From IMG/VR virus record IMGVR_UViG_3300020020_000025: a stretch of 64,000 bases of DNA; one strand, 5' to 3'. This stretch comes from a virus. Both the position numbers and the translations under genes were made by a program. The notes below the pieces were generated by a model. The model was not told the DNA's origin. It worked only from the letters and a program-made list of their open reading frames with translations, and searched no databases. Shown piece by piece: positions 40,952 through 50,276 of this stretch. Positions within the stretch are counted from its first letter, which is position 1. Each line of letters starts with the position of its first letter.

Positions 40952-41313
40952 GCGTCGTTGTCACAACGGAGCAGCCTACCAGAGATACCTGGCAGGCCAC
41001 GTGGGCATCTCTTCTCACTACCGAGAACGGCAACTCCGTATCCATTCCAGTAGAATGCACAACTCGCTCTGTGCATGTTAGTGGTGCTGTAGGCACCGGA
41101 GGATCTATAGCACTGCAAGGCTCTAATGACAATGCCAACTGGGCTGTTCTCAGCAGTGGACTGGGAGCGCAAGGAGACTTGACGGGTCTAGCTCCAGCAG
41201 CCCCACCTGGAGCTATCGTAAGAGCTATATACGAGAACGTCAGGTTCATACGGCCAGTAGTGCTGAGTGGGGATGGTGCTACTAATCTGAAGGTGATTGT
41301 GGTAGCAGCGTAA
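40948..41313 (+). CDS. Small beta-sandwich structural protein
   Basis: VHVSG...IALQGSND...W...ENVRFIRP. Confidence 0.55.
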   Translation: MSVVVTTEQPTRDTWQATWASLLTTENGNSVSIPVECTTRSVHVSGAVGTGGSIALQGSNDNANWAVLSSGLGAQGDLTGLAPAAPPGAIVRAIYENVRFIRPVVLSGDGATNLKVIVVAA

Positions 41314-42270
41314 ATGCCCCTATCTAATGCAAGAGAGCTTAAGGAAGATGTTCTATTTCGAGCCTCAGAACCGATAAATGGTTCCTCGGGCTGGGAAACA
41401 AAGGTCCTTGACTATCTAAATAGAGTTTATCGCACCCTTTCGACGGGCGCCTCTGAATTCCTTCCCGAGTATCCTGTAGATTGGTGGTGGATGAGGGGTG
41501 AGAATAACCTCATTCTAGAGCCCATCTATGCGACGGGGACCTTGGCAGTCACCAATGGTCTATCGTCTGTTACGTTCAATCCGGCTCCGGCGGCGTCCCA
41601 GGCCGGCAAACGCCTGAGGATTAAGTCGGGGGTAGCTCCTCCAGACCTGTTTGTGATTGCCAGTCACACTGGAGGAGCCGCTCCGGCAACCCTCGATAGC
41701 ATCTACACGGGCGAAACGAATGCTGCAGTGGCATTCGAGCTGATGAAGACCGAATATACACTGGCTGCAGCCGTGCAAGTCTTAATGAGCCCAATAGTGG
41801 CCTTCCAGAGGCCTGAGCGCATCTATGGTGTGGCTCCTGAACGGATGGATGAACTATTCCCCCTTATCCGACTAGCGCCGGGCATTCCAGAGGTGTTTGC
41901 CCTCGAGGATGAGAGGATCGTTAGGTTCTCGCACGGTGGACACCTGGATGGCAAGTCGATGCGAGTGGAGTATCGATATAGGCCGTTTGTATCCGATCTG
42001 ACTGACAGTGTTGGCTCAGTTCCGCTGGTTCCAACACAGTGGATGCATGTTCTAGCGGATATGGCCCTCGTATATGTTCTGCTGGACAAGAATGATGATA
42101 GGGCTAATGCAGCGGCCCTGGGAGCCCGTACAGGGCTGTCGGCGATGCTCAAGGAGAATAAGCGCCGGAACGTGAAGATCGACCATCTAGTAGGCCATAT
42201 CGCCCCTAGGGGCAAGAAGGGATCAACGAAGGGACCGCTCCGTACTGAGTCGGGGCTAATCATAGGATGA
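41314..42270 (+). CDS. Head-tail adaptor (connector) protein
   Basis: Helical N- and C-termini (DYLNRVY; HVLADMALVY) flanking beta domains; position. Confidence 0.65.
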   Translation: MPLSNARELKEDVLFRASEPINGSSGWETKVLDYLNRVYRTLSTGASEFLPEYPVDWWWMRGENNLILEPIYATGTLAVTNGLSSVTFNPAPAASQAGKRLRIKSGVAPPDLFVIASHTGGAAPATLDSIYTGETNAAVAFELMKTEYTLAAAVQVLMSPIVAFQRPERIYGVAPERMDELFPLIRLAPGIPEVFALEDERIVRFSHGGHLDGKSMRVEYRYRPFVSDLTDSVGSVPLVPTQWMHVLADMALVYVLLDKNDDRANAAALGARTGLSAMLKENKRRNVKIDHLVGHIAPRGKKGSTKGPLRTESGLIIG

Positions 42271-42271
42271 C

Positions 42272-44569
42272 ATGGCCTACAAAGGTGTCACGGTTAAGCT
42301 GCCTATCGGGGCTCAGGGCTTTTCGGGGACAAGAAACCCAAGCCAAGCTGGTCCTGGACACCTTCTTTTTGTCGATGGTGCTGAGCTAGATGGTGGCATC
42401 ATCCGCAAGGAAGGCGGCGCTGTAAGACTCAATACTGAGACCCTTGGTGGCGTTCCAGATCCTCAGACCGAATTTCTCCTCCACTGTAATGGTGCAGATG
42501 CATCAACCAACTTTCCTGATGCAGGCGATCAGGCTAGGACGTTTACAGCCCGTCTTAATGCCCAAGTTGATACTGCTCAGAGCAAGTTCGGAGGGGCATC
42601 AATGCTCCTCGCTGGTGGAGATGATCGGGTAGATACACCCGATCATGCTGATTTTACGATAGGTTCCGGAGATTTTACCTTTGATTGCTGGATCAGAATA
42701 GCTGATACTGGCATTCGGAGACAGCTTGCGGGACAGTCGAATGCAGCGGGAGATGCTACATCAATATCTCTGTATGTTGAGAAGCAGGCTAACGATAGAA
42801 TGAGAGCTTTTATCTGTGTTGGAGCTGCCACAATTCAAGTAATTGGAACAACAGCACTGGTTACAGGGCAATTCTATCATCTAGCGATCGTTATAGCATC
42901 TGGCGTATTGAAGTTGTTTTTGAATGGAGTGCAGGAAGGGGGTAACGTAAGTGTTGGGGGATCAGTCAACGATGCTACATCCGTTTGGACTATAGGACGG
43001 GCTGGTGATCTAGATAATGCCGCTGTTAATACGTGGAACGGCTGGGTTGACGAGGTTCGTCTTTCAATAGGTGTTGCTCGATGGACCTCAAACTTTACGC
43101 CACCAACAGCTGCCTATACCAATCTAATACCTCCAGGATCAGTGGTAGTCAGTGGAATTAACTGGGACCCTGTATCCGGTGCTAGGCATGATGTTGTCTT
43201 TCTGAGCAATGGCAATGTACAGCAAGACCCTTCAGGGGCTGGGACGTTCGCTACGATTATGACTACAGGCCTGACGAATGTCAGGGAACCTCCTCCGTGC
43301 TTTGTGCCTGCTGGAGGGGAGGCTGTAGGAGGAAACCGTAAGCTCTTTATGTTTAGTTCGCCTAACCAGGTCCAGGTTGCAATTGGGGCTGCCAGTACTA
43401 TGGCTGCGATAGGTGCCCCAGCAGCAGATTGGGCAGCAGGCGCCTTTCCGACATTCGGCGTTCTGCATGGAGCGAGGATGTTCGCGGGGGGCAACGGCAG
43501 CGACCCGCATCGTATCTACTATAGCACTCTGACCAATCATGGGGACTTCACAGGGGCCGGATCAGGCACCCTGGCGATCTATCCTGGTGAGAGCGAGCGC
43601 TTGGTAGGTGGGATATCATTTAGGGGTGCATTGATTCTCTTTAAGTATCCCTTTGGCATCTATATTATCAATACTAGCAGCTTGACACCGGGAGAATGGT
43701 CGGTTGCAAGGATGACGAGGGCTGTAGGTACTCTTAGTCAGCACTCGATTGTTCAGATTGAGAATGATATATTCTACATGGATCATGTAGGAAATATTCA
43801 TTCGCTGCGAGCGACGCAGGAGTTTGGAGACTTCAACACTAGCGATATCAGCAAGGTCGCGACCCTCGAGCCCTTCATTAGGAATGACATCAATCGGAGT
43901 GCCATTCGGAGAGTACAGGGAGCATGGTACGCTGCCAAGAAGCAGGCATGGTTCTGCCTTCCTCGAATAGGATCGCTGGACAATGACCTGAGGTTGATTA
44001 TCGGCCTGGAGCAAGTGGATGAGCAAGGACAACCTGGCCTTCCTCGTTTCTTCATGTCTCGAAGAGATGTATGTGTATCTCTGTGGATGCGGGCAGATGC
44101 CAATCTCATTCCTAGACCTACCATCGGGGATAATAACGGTTTTATCTGGCGTCTCGATGATCTATCAAGAAACAAGAATGGAGAGGCCTATCCTATCCGG
44201 TTTGAGACAGCCAACACCGATCTTTCATTCCTCGAAGGAGCTCTAGCAACCCGGATGAAGGCAGGACAGTTCCTCGAAGTGGCATCGGAGCCCCGAGGTG
44301 ACTGGGACCTGACAGTAGAGGTGTATTGGGATGATAATCTAACAGATACGCTGCAGTTCAATATGGGAGGCACAGGGGCCGTTCTAGGATCGTTTATTCT
44401 GGATACGGACGCGCTGGGATCAGACGTTATCTCGTCAGATCGTAAGAGAATGGTGGGATCGGGTAGGCGATTAAAGCTGGCAGCTGAGAATGTAGGGTTG
44501 GATCAGGATGTTAGCATCTCGGAATTTCACCTGAGCTTCAACGTGATGGACGAGAGGATCAGGTCATGA
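42272..44569 (+). CDS. Tail nozzle/stabilisation protein with inserted LamG-like domain
   Basis: Beta-propeller-type body (HGARMF, RIYYS); insert LLHCNG...DFTFDCW...FYHLA...GWVDEVR...RWTSNFTPP. Confidence 0.7.
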   Translation: MAYKGVTVKLPIGAQGFSGTRNPSQAGPGHLLFVDGAELDGGIIRKEGGAVRLNTETLGGVPDPQTEFLLHCNGADASTNFPDAGDQARTFTARLNAQVDTAQSKFGGASMLLAGGDDRVDTPDHADFTIGSGDFTFDCWIRIADTGIRRQLAGQSNAAGDATSISLYVEKQANDRMRAFICVGAATIQVIGTTALVTGQFYHLAIVIASGVLKLFLNGVQEGGNVSVGGSVNDATSVWTIGRAGDLDNAAVNTWNGWVDEVRLSIGVARWTSNFTPPTAAYTNLIPPGSVVVSGINWDPVSGARHDVVFLSNGNVQQDPSGAGTFATIMTTGLTNVREPPPCFVPAGGEAVGGNRKLFMFSSPNQVQVAIGAASTMAAIGAPAADWAAGAFPTFGVLHGARMFAGGNGSDPHRIYYSTLTNHGDFTGAGSGTLAIYPGESERLVGGISFRGALILFKYPFGIYIINTSSLTPGEWSVARMTRAVGTLSQHSIVQIENDIFYMDHVGNIHSLRATQEFGDFNTSDISKVATLEPFIRNDINRSAIRRVQGAWYAAKKQAWFCLPRIGSLDNDLRLIIGLEQVDEQGQPGLPRFFMSRRDVCVSLWMRADANLIPRPTIGDNNGFIWRLDDLSRNKNGEAYPIRFETANTDLSFLEGALATRMKAGQFLEVASEPRGDWDLTVEVYWDDNLTDTLQFNMGGTGAVLGSFILDTDALGSDVISSDRKRMVGSGRRLKLAAENVGLDQDVSISEFHLSFNVMDERIRS

Positions 44570-44973
44570 CGACAGATACTTACTATCATTTACAGCGGCC
44601 CAACTACGTGATTTATGGGCCTAATGGAGACATCGAGGAACTGTGCTGCAAGATGTGTGGCTCAGTGATCGGAAGCATGGCTGAGCAAGTGAAGGGGCGT
44701 AGGCTGACACCACAGGGCTGGGTAGAGGAGCGCATTCTCAGGTTCCGTCGGCATAACACTTATGCAGAGTTGAAGATGGAATTTAGGGATGGCTCATTCC
44801 ACGTAACCAATGGATGTAGAACATGCCTTCACGAGAATCTTACGATGGAGCAGCTAGACGAGCTACACTGCGCAGACATGCACCAAGACATGGGAGCCCA
44901 CTCGGTTCCTTGTATGGAAAGGTATCCAATAGGGATAGCAGCTATCAGAACAGACGGAGGGGGTATCTCATGA
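44566..44973 (+). CDS. Cys-containing hypothetical protein
   Basis: CKMC and CRTC pairs; ATGA-coupled. Confidence 0.6.
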   Translation: MTTDTYYHLQRPNYVIYGPNGDIEELCCKMCGSVIGSMAEQVKGRRLTPQGWVEERILRFRRHNTYAELKMEFRDGSFHVTNGCRTCLHENLTMEQLDELHCADMHQDMGAHSVPCMERYPIGIAAIRTDGGGIS

Positions 44974-45050
44974 TCCCTATTATCTTAGGGATTGTGTATT
45001 TCGCCTTCATTCTGTGGATGATAGTGTATGCGGTGACGGATGGGCCTTAA
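44970..45050 (+). CDS. 26-aa membrane peptide
   Basis: GGAGG RBS, ATGA overlap; MIPIILGIVYFAFILWMIVYAV. Confidence 0.5.
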   Translation: MIPIILGIVYFAFILWMIVYAVTDGP

Positions 45051-46502
45051 ATGTCAGTAGGTCTGTATAGCCATACGACTAGGGGGACCGGCACCGTTCT
45101 TACGGCGTCGATCTATAACGGCGACCATATCAATCACATCACTAATCAAAATCCAGTGATGTCGGGAGCCTACTCGGATAGTGTGGGCCAGTTTCAGTCT
45201 ATAGTCGATCCAGGAGGTGTTGGCAGTGAAATCTTAGCTCCCAATCTCGCAGGTGAGATTGAACGCCTTCGTTTCTCTATTAAGCGAATCACTGGCCAGA
45301 GCCAGTGGTATGCAGTACATACAGCCAACCTGGCAAACACCCTAAATGGCGTTAATCCTGGCCTTATTGCGATAGCGGCCGCCTTAGGTATTCCTCTTAC
45401 CCTTCGCATTACTGATAATGATGTGACTGAGCGAACGATTCAAGCCTTCGAGTCAGGATCAGGAGCAGGCACTGATTTCCTGCTGAAGATCAAGGGAGAT
45501 GCTGCCAATGGCATCGACTCGATGGCTCTATTTAAGGGAGCCACTGAGCTTCTTCGACTGCCGGAGACTCGCTTTCGGTGGGAACCAATGGGCTATCTGA
45601 CGCCCACTGCTGGAATTCCTATAATCGTGGCAGATGCCTCGGGAGCCACGTCGGTCCTGTATGAGCCTTTCAAGGGCAACGTGACTGCGGTTGTCAAGGG
45701 TGGCATTGTTCATATGAGGGAATTTAGTGCCCTCACTTTGGACCTCAATAACCCTAACCATGCAGCAAATACGCTCTATGATGTGTTTCTGGATGATGAC
45801 GCAGGTACACTAAAGCTCAGCACTGGAACAGCATGGAGCAACTCAGGGGCAGGCACGAGCGCGCGGGGAGCTGGAGGCTCCACAACCGAGCTAACAAGGT
45901 TGCAGGGTTGGTGGGTCAATGCTAACTCGATGACCGTGAGGAATGGAGCTGCCACGAGGACATTGGCAGCCCAAGCGGGTATCTATCTAGGCACTATTCT
46001 AATCGATGCAGTTGGCACGGTCACATGCCATAGATCGATAGGCCAGACTCGCAAATGGGGCGTCTGGAATGCTTATCAGAGGCAGAATCTGTACCTCAAG
46101 GTAACTGATCCAGATGATACCTGGAACTACACCACGAATGCGATAAGGCAATCTGGAGGGGACTCCGCTAATACCATGATAATCTTCTCAGGCCTGGCTG
46201 AGGAGATACACGACATTGAATTTAGACAGCGTATTGACTCTAGCGCCAATGCTGCCTCCATTGCTGAGGGAAATGTTGGAATAGGCATAAACTCTGTTGC
46301 CGCTATATCTGGAACTAGGGGTGTTCTAAGATGTCGAAATGATGACATCGATCATGTAACTGTAGCTGCTAGACATATACTAGTTCCCACGCTAGGTAGA
46401 ACTGATATAAACTGCTTGGAAATTAGTCCTCAAACTGGAGGAAATGTAAACTATCGAGGGCAGGAACAGCATATGATCCTCTCTACAAAATGGAGAGGAT
46501 AA
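45051..46502 (+). CDS. Tail fibre / tail protein
   Basis: N-terminal HTTRGTGTVLTASIYNGDH anchor motif; beta-rich body. Confidence 0.7.
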   Translation: MSVGLYSHTTRGTGTVLTASIYNGDHINHITNQNPVMSGAYSDSVGQFQSIVDPGGVGSEILAPNLAGEIERLRFSIKRITGQSQWYAVHTANLANTLNGVNPGLIAIAAALGIPLTLRITDNDVTERTIQAFESGSGAGTDFLLKIKGDAANGIDSMALFKGATELLRLPETRFRWEPMGYLTPTAGIPIIVADASGATSVLYEPFKGNVTAVVKGGIVHMREFSALTLDLNNPNHAANTLYDVFLDDDAGTLKLSTGTAWSNSGAGTSARGAGGSTTELTRLQGWWVNANSMTVRNGAATRTLAAQAGIYLGTILIDAVGTVTCHRSIGQTRKWGVWNAYQRQNLYLKVTDPDDTWNYTTNAIRQSGGDSANTMIIFSGLAEEIHDIEFRQRIDSSANAASIAEGNVGIGINSVAAISGTRGVLRCRNDDIDHVTVAARHILVPTLGRTDINCLEISPQTGGNVNYRGQEQHMILSTKWRG

Positions 46503-47963
46503 GTGGCTATAATCATTCCGCATACTACTAGAGCTGCAGGAACTGTGCTGACAGCATCGATCTACAATGCTGACCATGTTAATCATGTTACTAATGCCAA
46601 CAGTCTTAATACGGCTAAGCTAGAATCTCCCATTGGAACGTCGCAGATCAGCGATGATAGTATTACAAACTCCAAGCTGGCCAATATGGTGGCTCAGGCC
46701 ATCAAGATGCGGAACAACGCCGCTGCTGGCGATCCGCAAGATCAGATACATAGCGATGTCACCACTGCAACTCCAGTATCAGGTGATCTTGCTCTCGGTT
46801 GGACTGCAGCGGGTCTGTTAAGGAAGTTCGATGTCGTTAACTTTGGCGGCGCAACCGTCCCTCGCCGAGTTATCATTGGTGCTGATACTGTAGGTATTGG
46901 CGATAAGGGAGGTATCATTGAGATAACCAGTGGAGGTCCCTTTACACTGGCCTTCACTGCTGCAGCTACGCTGGCCAATAACTTCACTGTGATGCTCCTT
47001 AATTCGAGTGACACTGATATTACACTTGATCCCAATGGAGCCGAGCTGATAGACGGCTTGACGAGTTGGGTGCTATATCCAGGAGGAGCCGTCTTTGTAC
47101 ATGGCAACGGCACAGCCTTTGAGAGTCTAATGCTCAACGGCATGAGGAAGCAGTTTGATGCCAGTGGTACTTGGACGAAGCCCGGAGTTGGGAAGTACAT
47201 TATTGTGGAGTGCTGGGGCGGAGGAGGATCGGGCGCCCGTGCTCAGAATGGTGAAGGAGGAGGTGGAGGAGGCGGAGGTGCCTATAACCGCCGGTGGCTT
47301 CCGTTCTCAGCCTTAGGGGCTACCGAGACTGTGACTGTCGGGACGGGAGGAGCCTCTCGGACAGTTGACAATACGGATGGAGCGCCTGGCGGCAATACAA
47401 CCTTCGGAGCCCATATAACTGGATTTGAAGGAGGTGGGGGTGGAGATCAGGCAGGTGGAAATGGAGGAGGCGGAGGTGGAGGGGGAGTAAGCGGAGCAGG
47501 AGCCACGGCTACAACTGATGTTGGAGCTAATGGAGGGTTTCCTAGGTATTGGGTGCCCGTTGCTGCTACTAATAGATTTGGAACAGGGGGAACAGCAGAC
47601 GCTCCTGGAGAGGACAACCCTACAGGAGGTGGTGGAGGCGGTGGAGGCGAAACTGCTGTACAAGCTAGAAAAGGAGGAGATGCCTTCTGGGGAGGAGGTG
47701 GCGGGGGAGGCGCAGCGGGATCTGTAGCTACTCAAGGAACTGGAGGTTTATCAGTATATGGAGGAGCTGGTGGAGGCGGTGGAGCAGCGACTACTGCAGC
47801 AGCTGCTGGGGGCACCTCACAGTTCGGTGGCAATGGTGGGGCAGGGGCCACGGGAGGCGCAAACGGCGTGGCTGGATCGGCTCCTGGTGGCGGCGGGGGC
47901 GGGTCTGAGAACTCCAATTCCGGCGCTGGAGGGGCAGGTCGGTGCATAGTTTACATGTGGTAG
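46503..47963 (+). CDS. Repeat copy: glycine-rich tail fibre
   Basis: Identical to 109-1569. Confidence 0.75.
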   Translation: MAIIIPHTTRAAGTVLTASIYNADHVNHVTNANSLNTAKLESPIGTSQISDDSITNSKLANMVAQAIKMRNNAAAGDPQDQIHSDVTTATPVSGDLALGWTAAGLLRKFDVVNFGGATVPRRVIIGADTVGIGDKGGIIEITSGGPFTLAFTAAATLANNFTVMLLNSSDTDITLDPNGAELIDGLTSWVLYPGGAVFVHGNGTAFESLMLNGMRKQFDASGTWTKPGVGKYIIVECWGGGGSGARAQNGEGGGGGGGGAYNRRWLPFSALGATETVTVGTGGASRTVDNTDGAPGGNTTFGAHITGFEGGGGGDQAGGNGGGGGGGGVSGAGATATTDVGANGGFPRYWVPVAATNRFGTGGTADAPGEDNPTGGGGGGGGETAVQARKGGDAFWGGGGGGGAAGSVATQGTGGLSVYGGAGGGGGAATTAAAAGGTSQFGGNGGAGATGGANGVAGSAPGGGGGGSENSNSGAGGAGRCIVYMW

Positions 47964-48028
47964 GCCGGGGATGACATCGGCCGCCCGAGGGTGTATGGTG
48001 GAATTGGGAAGCAGAAGGAGAGAAGGAA

Positions 48029-48265
48029 ATGCTACAGTTCATCAACAAGGACCAGGTGTTGGGGCTAGTTCGCCACGTCGTCACCTTCTTCGGTGGAGTA
48101 TTGGTGGCCAGGGGCAAGCTAGAGCCTGGTGCGGTCGAGACGATCGCCGGAGTAGTCGTCACCATCGTCGGTGCTATCTTCTCCTTTATGTCACCGGAGA
48201 AGAAGATCGAGACCACCACTGTAACGGAGTCTAGAACTATCGAAGCGCCTAGGGACAAAGCATGA
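48029..48265 (+). CDS. Repeat copy: holin-like protein
   Basis: Identical to 1635-1871. Confidence 0.6.
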   Translation: MLQFINKDQVLGLVRHVVTFFGGVLVARGKLEPGAVETIAGVVVTIVGAIFSFMSPEKKIETTTVTESRTIEAPRDKA

Positions 48266-48483
48266 CCTGGGCGTCTGTAATCCTCAGCGGCCTAAAGATA
48301 CTGTCATCGGTGATGACGTATCTGAATGAGAGGCAACTTATTCAGGCCGCTGAGGACCGCCAGATAGCGAAGGCTGCCGCTGCACTGCTCGAGATGACTG
48401 AATACGGCCGGCTTCTGAGGGATCGCATTCGTCAGATGTCACCCGAAGAAACGGATGACCTCTGGGATAGGATGACCCAATGA
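48262..48483 (+). CDS. Repeat copy: i-spanin-like protein
   Basis: Identical to 1868-2089. Confidence 0.45.
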   Translation: MTWASVILSGLKILSSVMTYLNERQLIQAAEDRQIAKAAAALLEMTEYGRLLRDRIRQMSPEETDDLWDRMTQ

Positions 48484-48716
48484 AGGAAGGTATCGTATGC
48501 TTCATCTTCTGCTTCGGAACAGTAACGGAGCCCTCTCCCTCGATCATAGCAGACAGTTTCTGCGAAGTCTACGAGAGGCAGATCATAACGAAGACGGATG
48601 CTCAGTCGGTCAAACTGCTTCCACCCGACGTGCAGAAGCGAGTGCAAGGCAACGAGGTACTATACCTATGTCGGTGCAAGGGCTGGAAAGACAAGGTATG
48701 CCAGAAACTCCCATGA
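48480..48716 (+). CDS. Repeat copy: o-spanin-like protein
   Basis: Identical to 2086-2322. Confidence 0.4.
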   Translation: MKEGIVCFIFCFGTVTEPSPSIIADSFCEVYERQIITKTDAQSVKLLPPDVQKRVQGNEVLYLCRCKGWKDKVCQKLP

Positions 48717-48964
48717 GACCCAAGTTTGATTGGACAGTCAATCTTGGGCATCTTCTGATCTTGTTGGGGCTAGTTATCAGCGGAGTATCAGTGTATACCG
48801 CTACGATGGTAAGGATGTCTACCTACGAACATCGGTCTTCAGTGGTTGAGCAGGCCCAACGGCATCAAGAGAACCAGAGTAACAGCATCCTAAATCACTT
48901 ATATACCCTGCAGCGAGATGTCGCAGTCATGAAGGATCGTATGGACAGAGCAACGACAAAATGA
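48713..48964 (+). CDS. Repeat copy: small membrane protein
   Basis: Identical to 2319-2570. Confidence 0.6.
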   Translation: MRPKFDWTVNLGHLLILLGLVISGVSVYTATMVRMSTYEHRSSVVEQAQRHQENQSNSILNHLYTLQRDVAVMKDRMDRATTK

Positions 48965-49347
48965 GTGTAGGATATAAGATCGCCAGGAATCCTGGGGACT
49001 ATAGTCGGGCTCATGCCTTGATGCGTTCGGAAGGCTTCGCCAAGCAGAGGCTTAGCTTTCCGACCCTATTAGCATTGGATGAGGGGGTTGTTGGAGTTAT
49101 TGGGACGAATATTACTAATAATATGATCTTAGCTGGTCCGCTCGTGATTAAGTCGGACCGCCGACGTATCGTGACCGCCATTCGGATGGTAGAAATGTAC
49201 GAAGTGGCGATGAAAGGTCTAGGCATCAAGACCTTTATCTTCGGGGTCGATCAAGGTAGCTTCTTGGAGAAGCTGATCGAGCGGTACGGATATCTGCCTC
49301 CATATGCGGAGGAAGAGGGCAAGAAGTTCTATATTAGGAGACTATGA
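48961..49347 (+). CDS. Repeat copy: GNAT-like protein
   Basis: Identical to 2567-2953. Confidence 0.45.
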   Translation: MSVGYKIARNPGDYSRAHALMRSEGFAKQRLSFPTLLALDEGVVGVIGTNITNNMILAGPLVIKSDRRRIVTAIRMVEMYEVAMKGLGIKTFIFGVDQGSFLEKLIERYGYLPPYAEEEGKKFYIRRL

Positions 49348-50276
49348 TGGGTAGCAGCACTAATGTACCCCAGCCCTCAGCGGCTGAGCAGGAGCTGCAG
49401 AAGGCTCAAGCCGATCTGCTAGGAATGCAGAAGAAGATCGTTGAGCAGCAGCAGGCCCAAAATAAGATCCTGCTGCCCTTCCTTGCTGAGCAGGAGGGCT
49501 TCGATGTTGAGCTGGATGATGCAGGCAACATCAAGAGTATCAAGCGGAAGTTTGATCCTGATGAGGCCAAACGAAAGGAGTTGGAGAGTGGTTTTCTTGA
49601 TCGGTCGCTCAAGGCTCTTAAGGGCGAACTCCCTGTTGATCCGGCCCTCGAGAGAAGCCTGGGGTCGAGCGAAGAAGCCTTACGGGAAAAACTACAAGCC
49701 CAGTTTGGGGCAGGATATGAAACCTCCTCGCCAGCTATCGAAACACTCCAGCAGTTCCGCGAGAGCAGCGAAATTCTCCGCGAGGGAGCTAGGACGGGAC
49801 AGTTAACCCTATCGGAGCAGTTGGGCCTAACCAGGGAACAGCAGCGGCAATTCACACAGGGGGCACAGGCTGATGCCCTCCGAAATACTGCGATAGGCGA
49901 TCCCATGAGCTTTGCGGGGGCCTTTGGCCAGGTTGCAAGGGGATATGGGCAGGCTCAAGTTCCCTATATGCAGAACCGTCAGCTGCAGGCTCAAATCAAG
50001 GGAGCTAACTCAGATCGCTTATATAAGCTATTAGGAGCTGGTATCAGTACTGCTGGTCAGATTGGATCAGCAGCTATCATGTTCTCTGACCCTGAACTGA
50101 AGGATGATATGATCCCAGTAGGCCTAACAAGGCAGGGATTTACGATCTATGAATATACTCTCAAGACCTCAGGTGAGCGAATGCTTGGAGTGCTGTCAAC
50201 TGAGGTTGAACCCATGTTGCCTGAAGCGGTCTTACGCAGAGGCGATTGGGATGTCGTAGATTATGGAGCGCTCTAA
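49344..50276 (+). CDS. Repeat copy: pilot protein with S74-type domain
   Basis: Identical to 2950-3882. Confidence 0.65.
   Translation: MMGSSTNVPQPSAAEQELQKAQADLLGMQKKIVEQQQAQNKILLPFLAEQEGFDVELDDAGNIKSIKRKFDPDEAKRKELESGFLDRSLKALKGELPVDPALERSLGSSEEALREKLQAQFGAGYETSSPAIETLQQFRESSEILREGARTGQLTLSEQLGLTREQQRQFTQGAQADALRNTAIGDPMSFAGAFGQVARGYGQAQVPYMQNRQLQAQIKGANSDRLYKLLGAGISTAGQIGSAAIMFSDPELKDDMIPVGLTRQGFTIYEYTLKTSGERMLGVLSTEVEPMLPEAVLRRGDWDVVDYGAL

Noticed and set aside
1-46394. Alternative genetic code explaining the long overlaps
   Set aside because: TAA, TAG and TGA all end conserved genes (3882, 1569, 1871), coding density is high under the standard code, and no common codon marks the expected ends.
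1-46394. tRNA genes, integrase, IS elements
   Set aside because: No cloverleaf with a T-loop motif in the spacers examined and no recombinase or transposase motifs in the ORF track; a tRNAscan-SE and HMM run would confirm.
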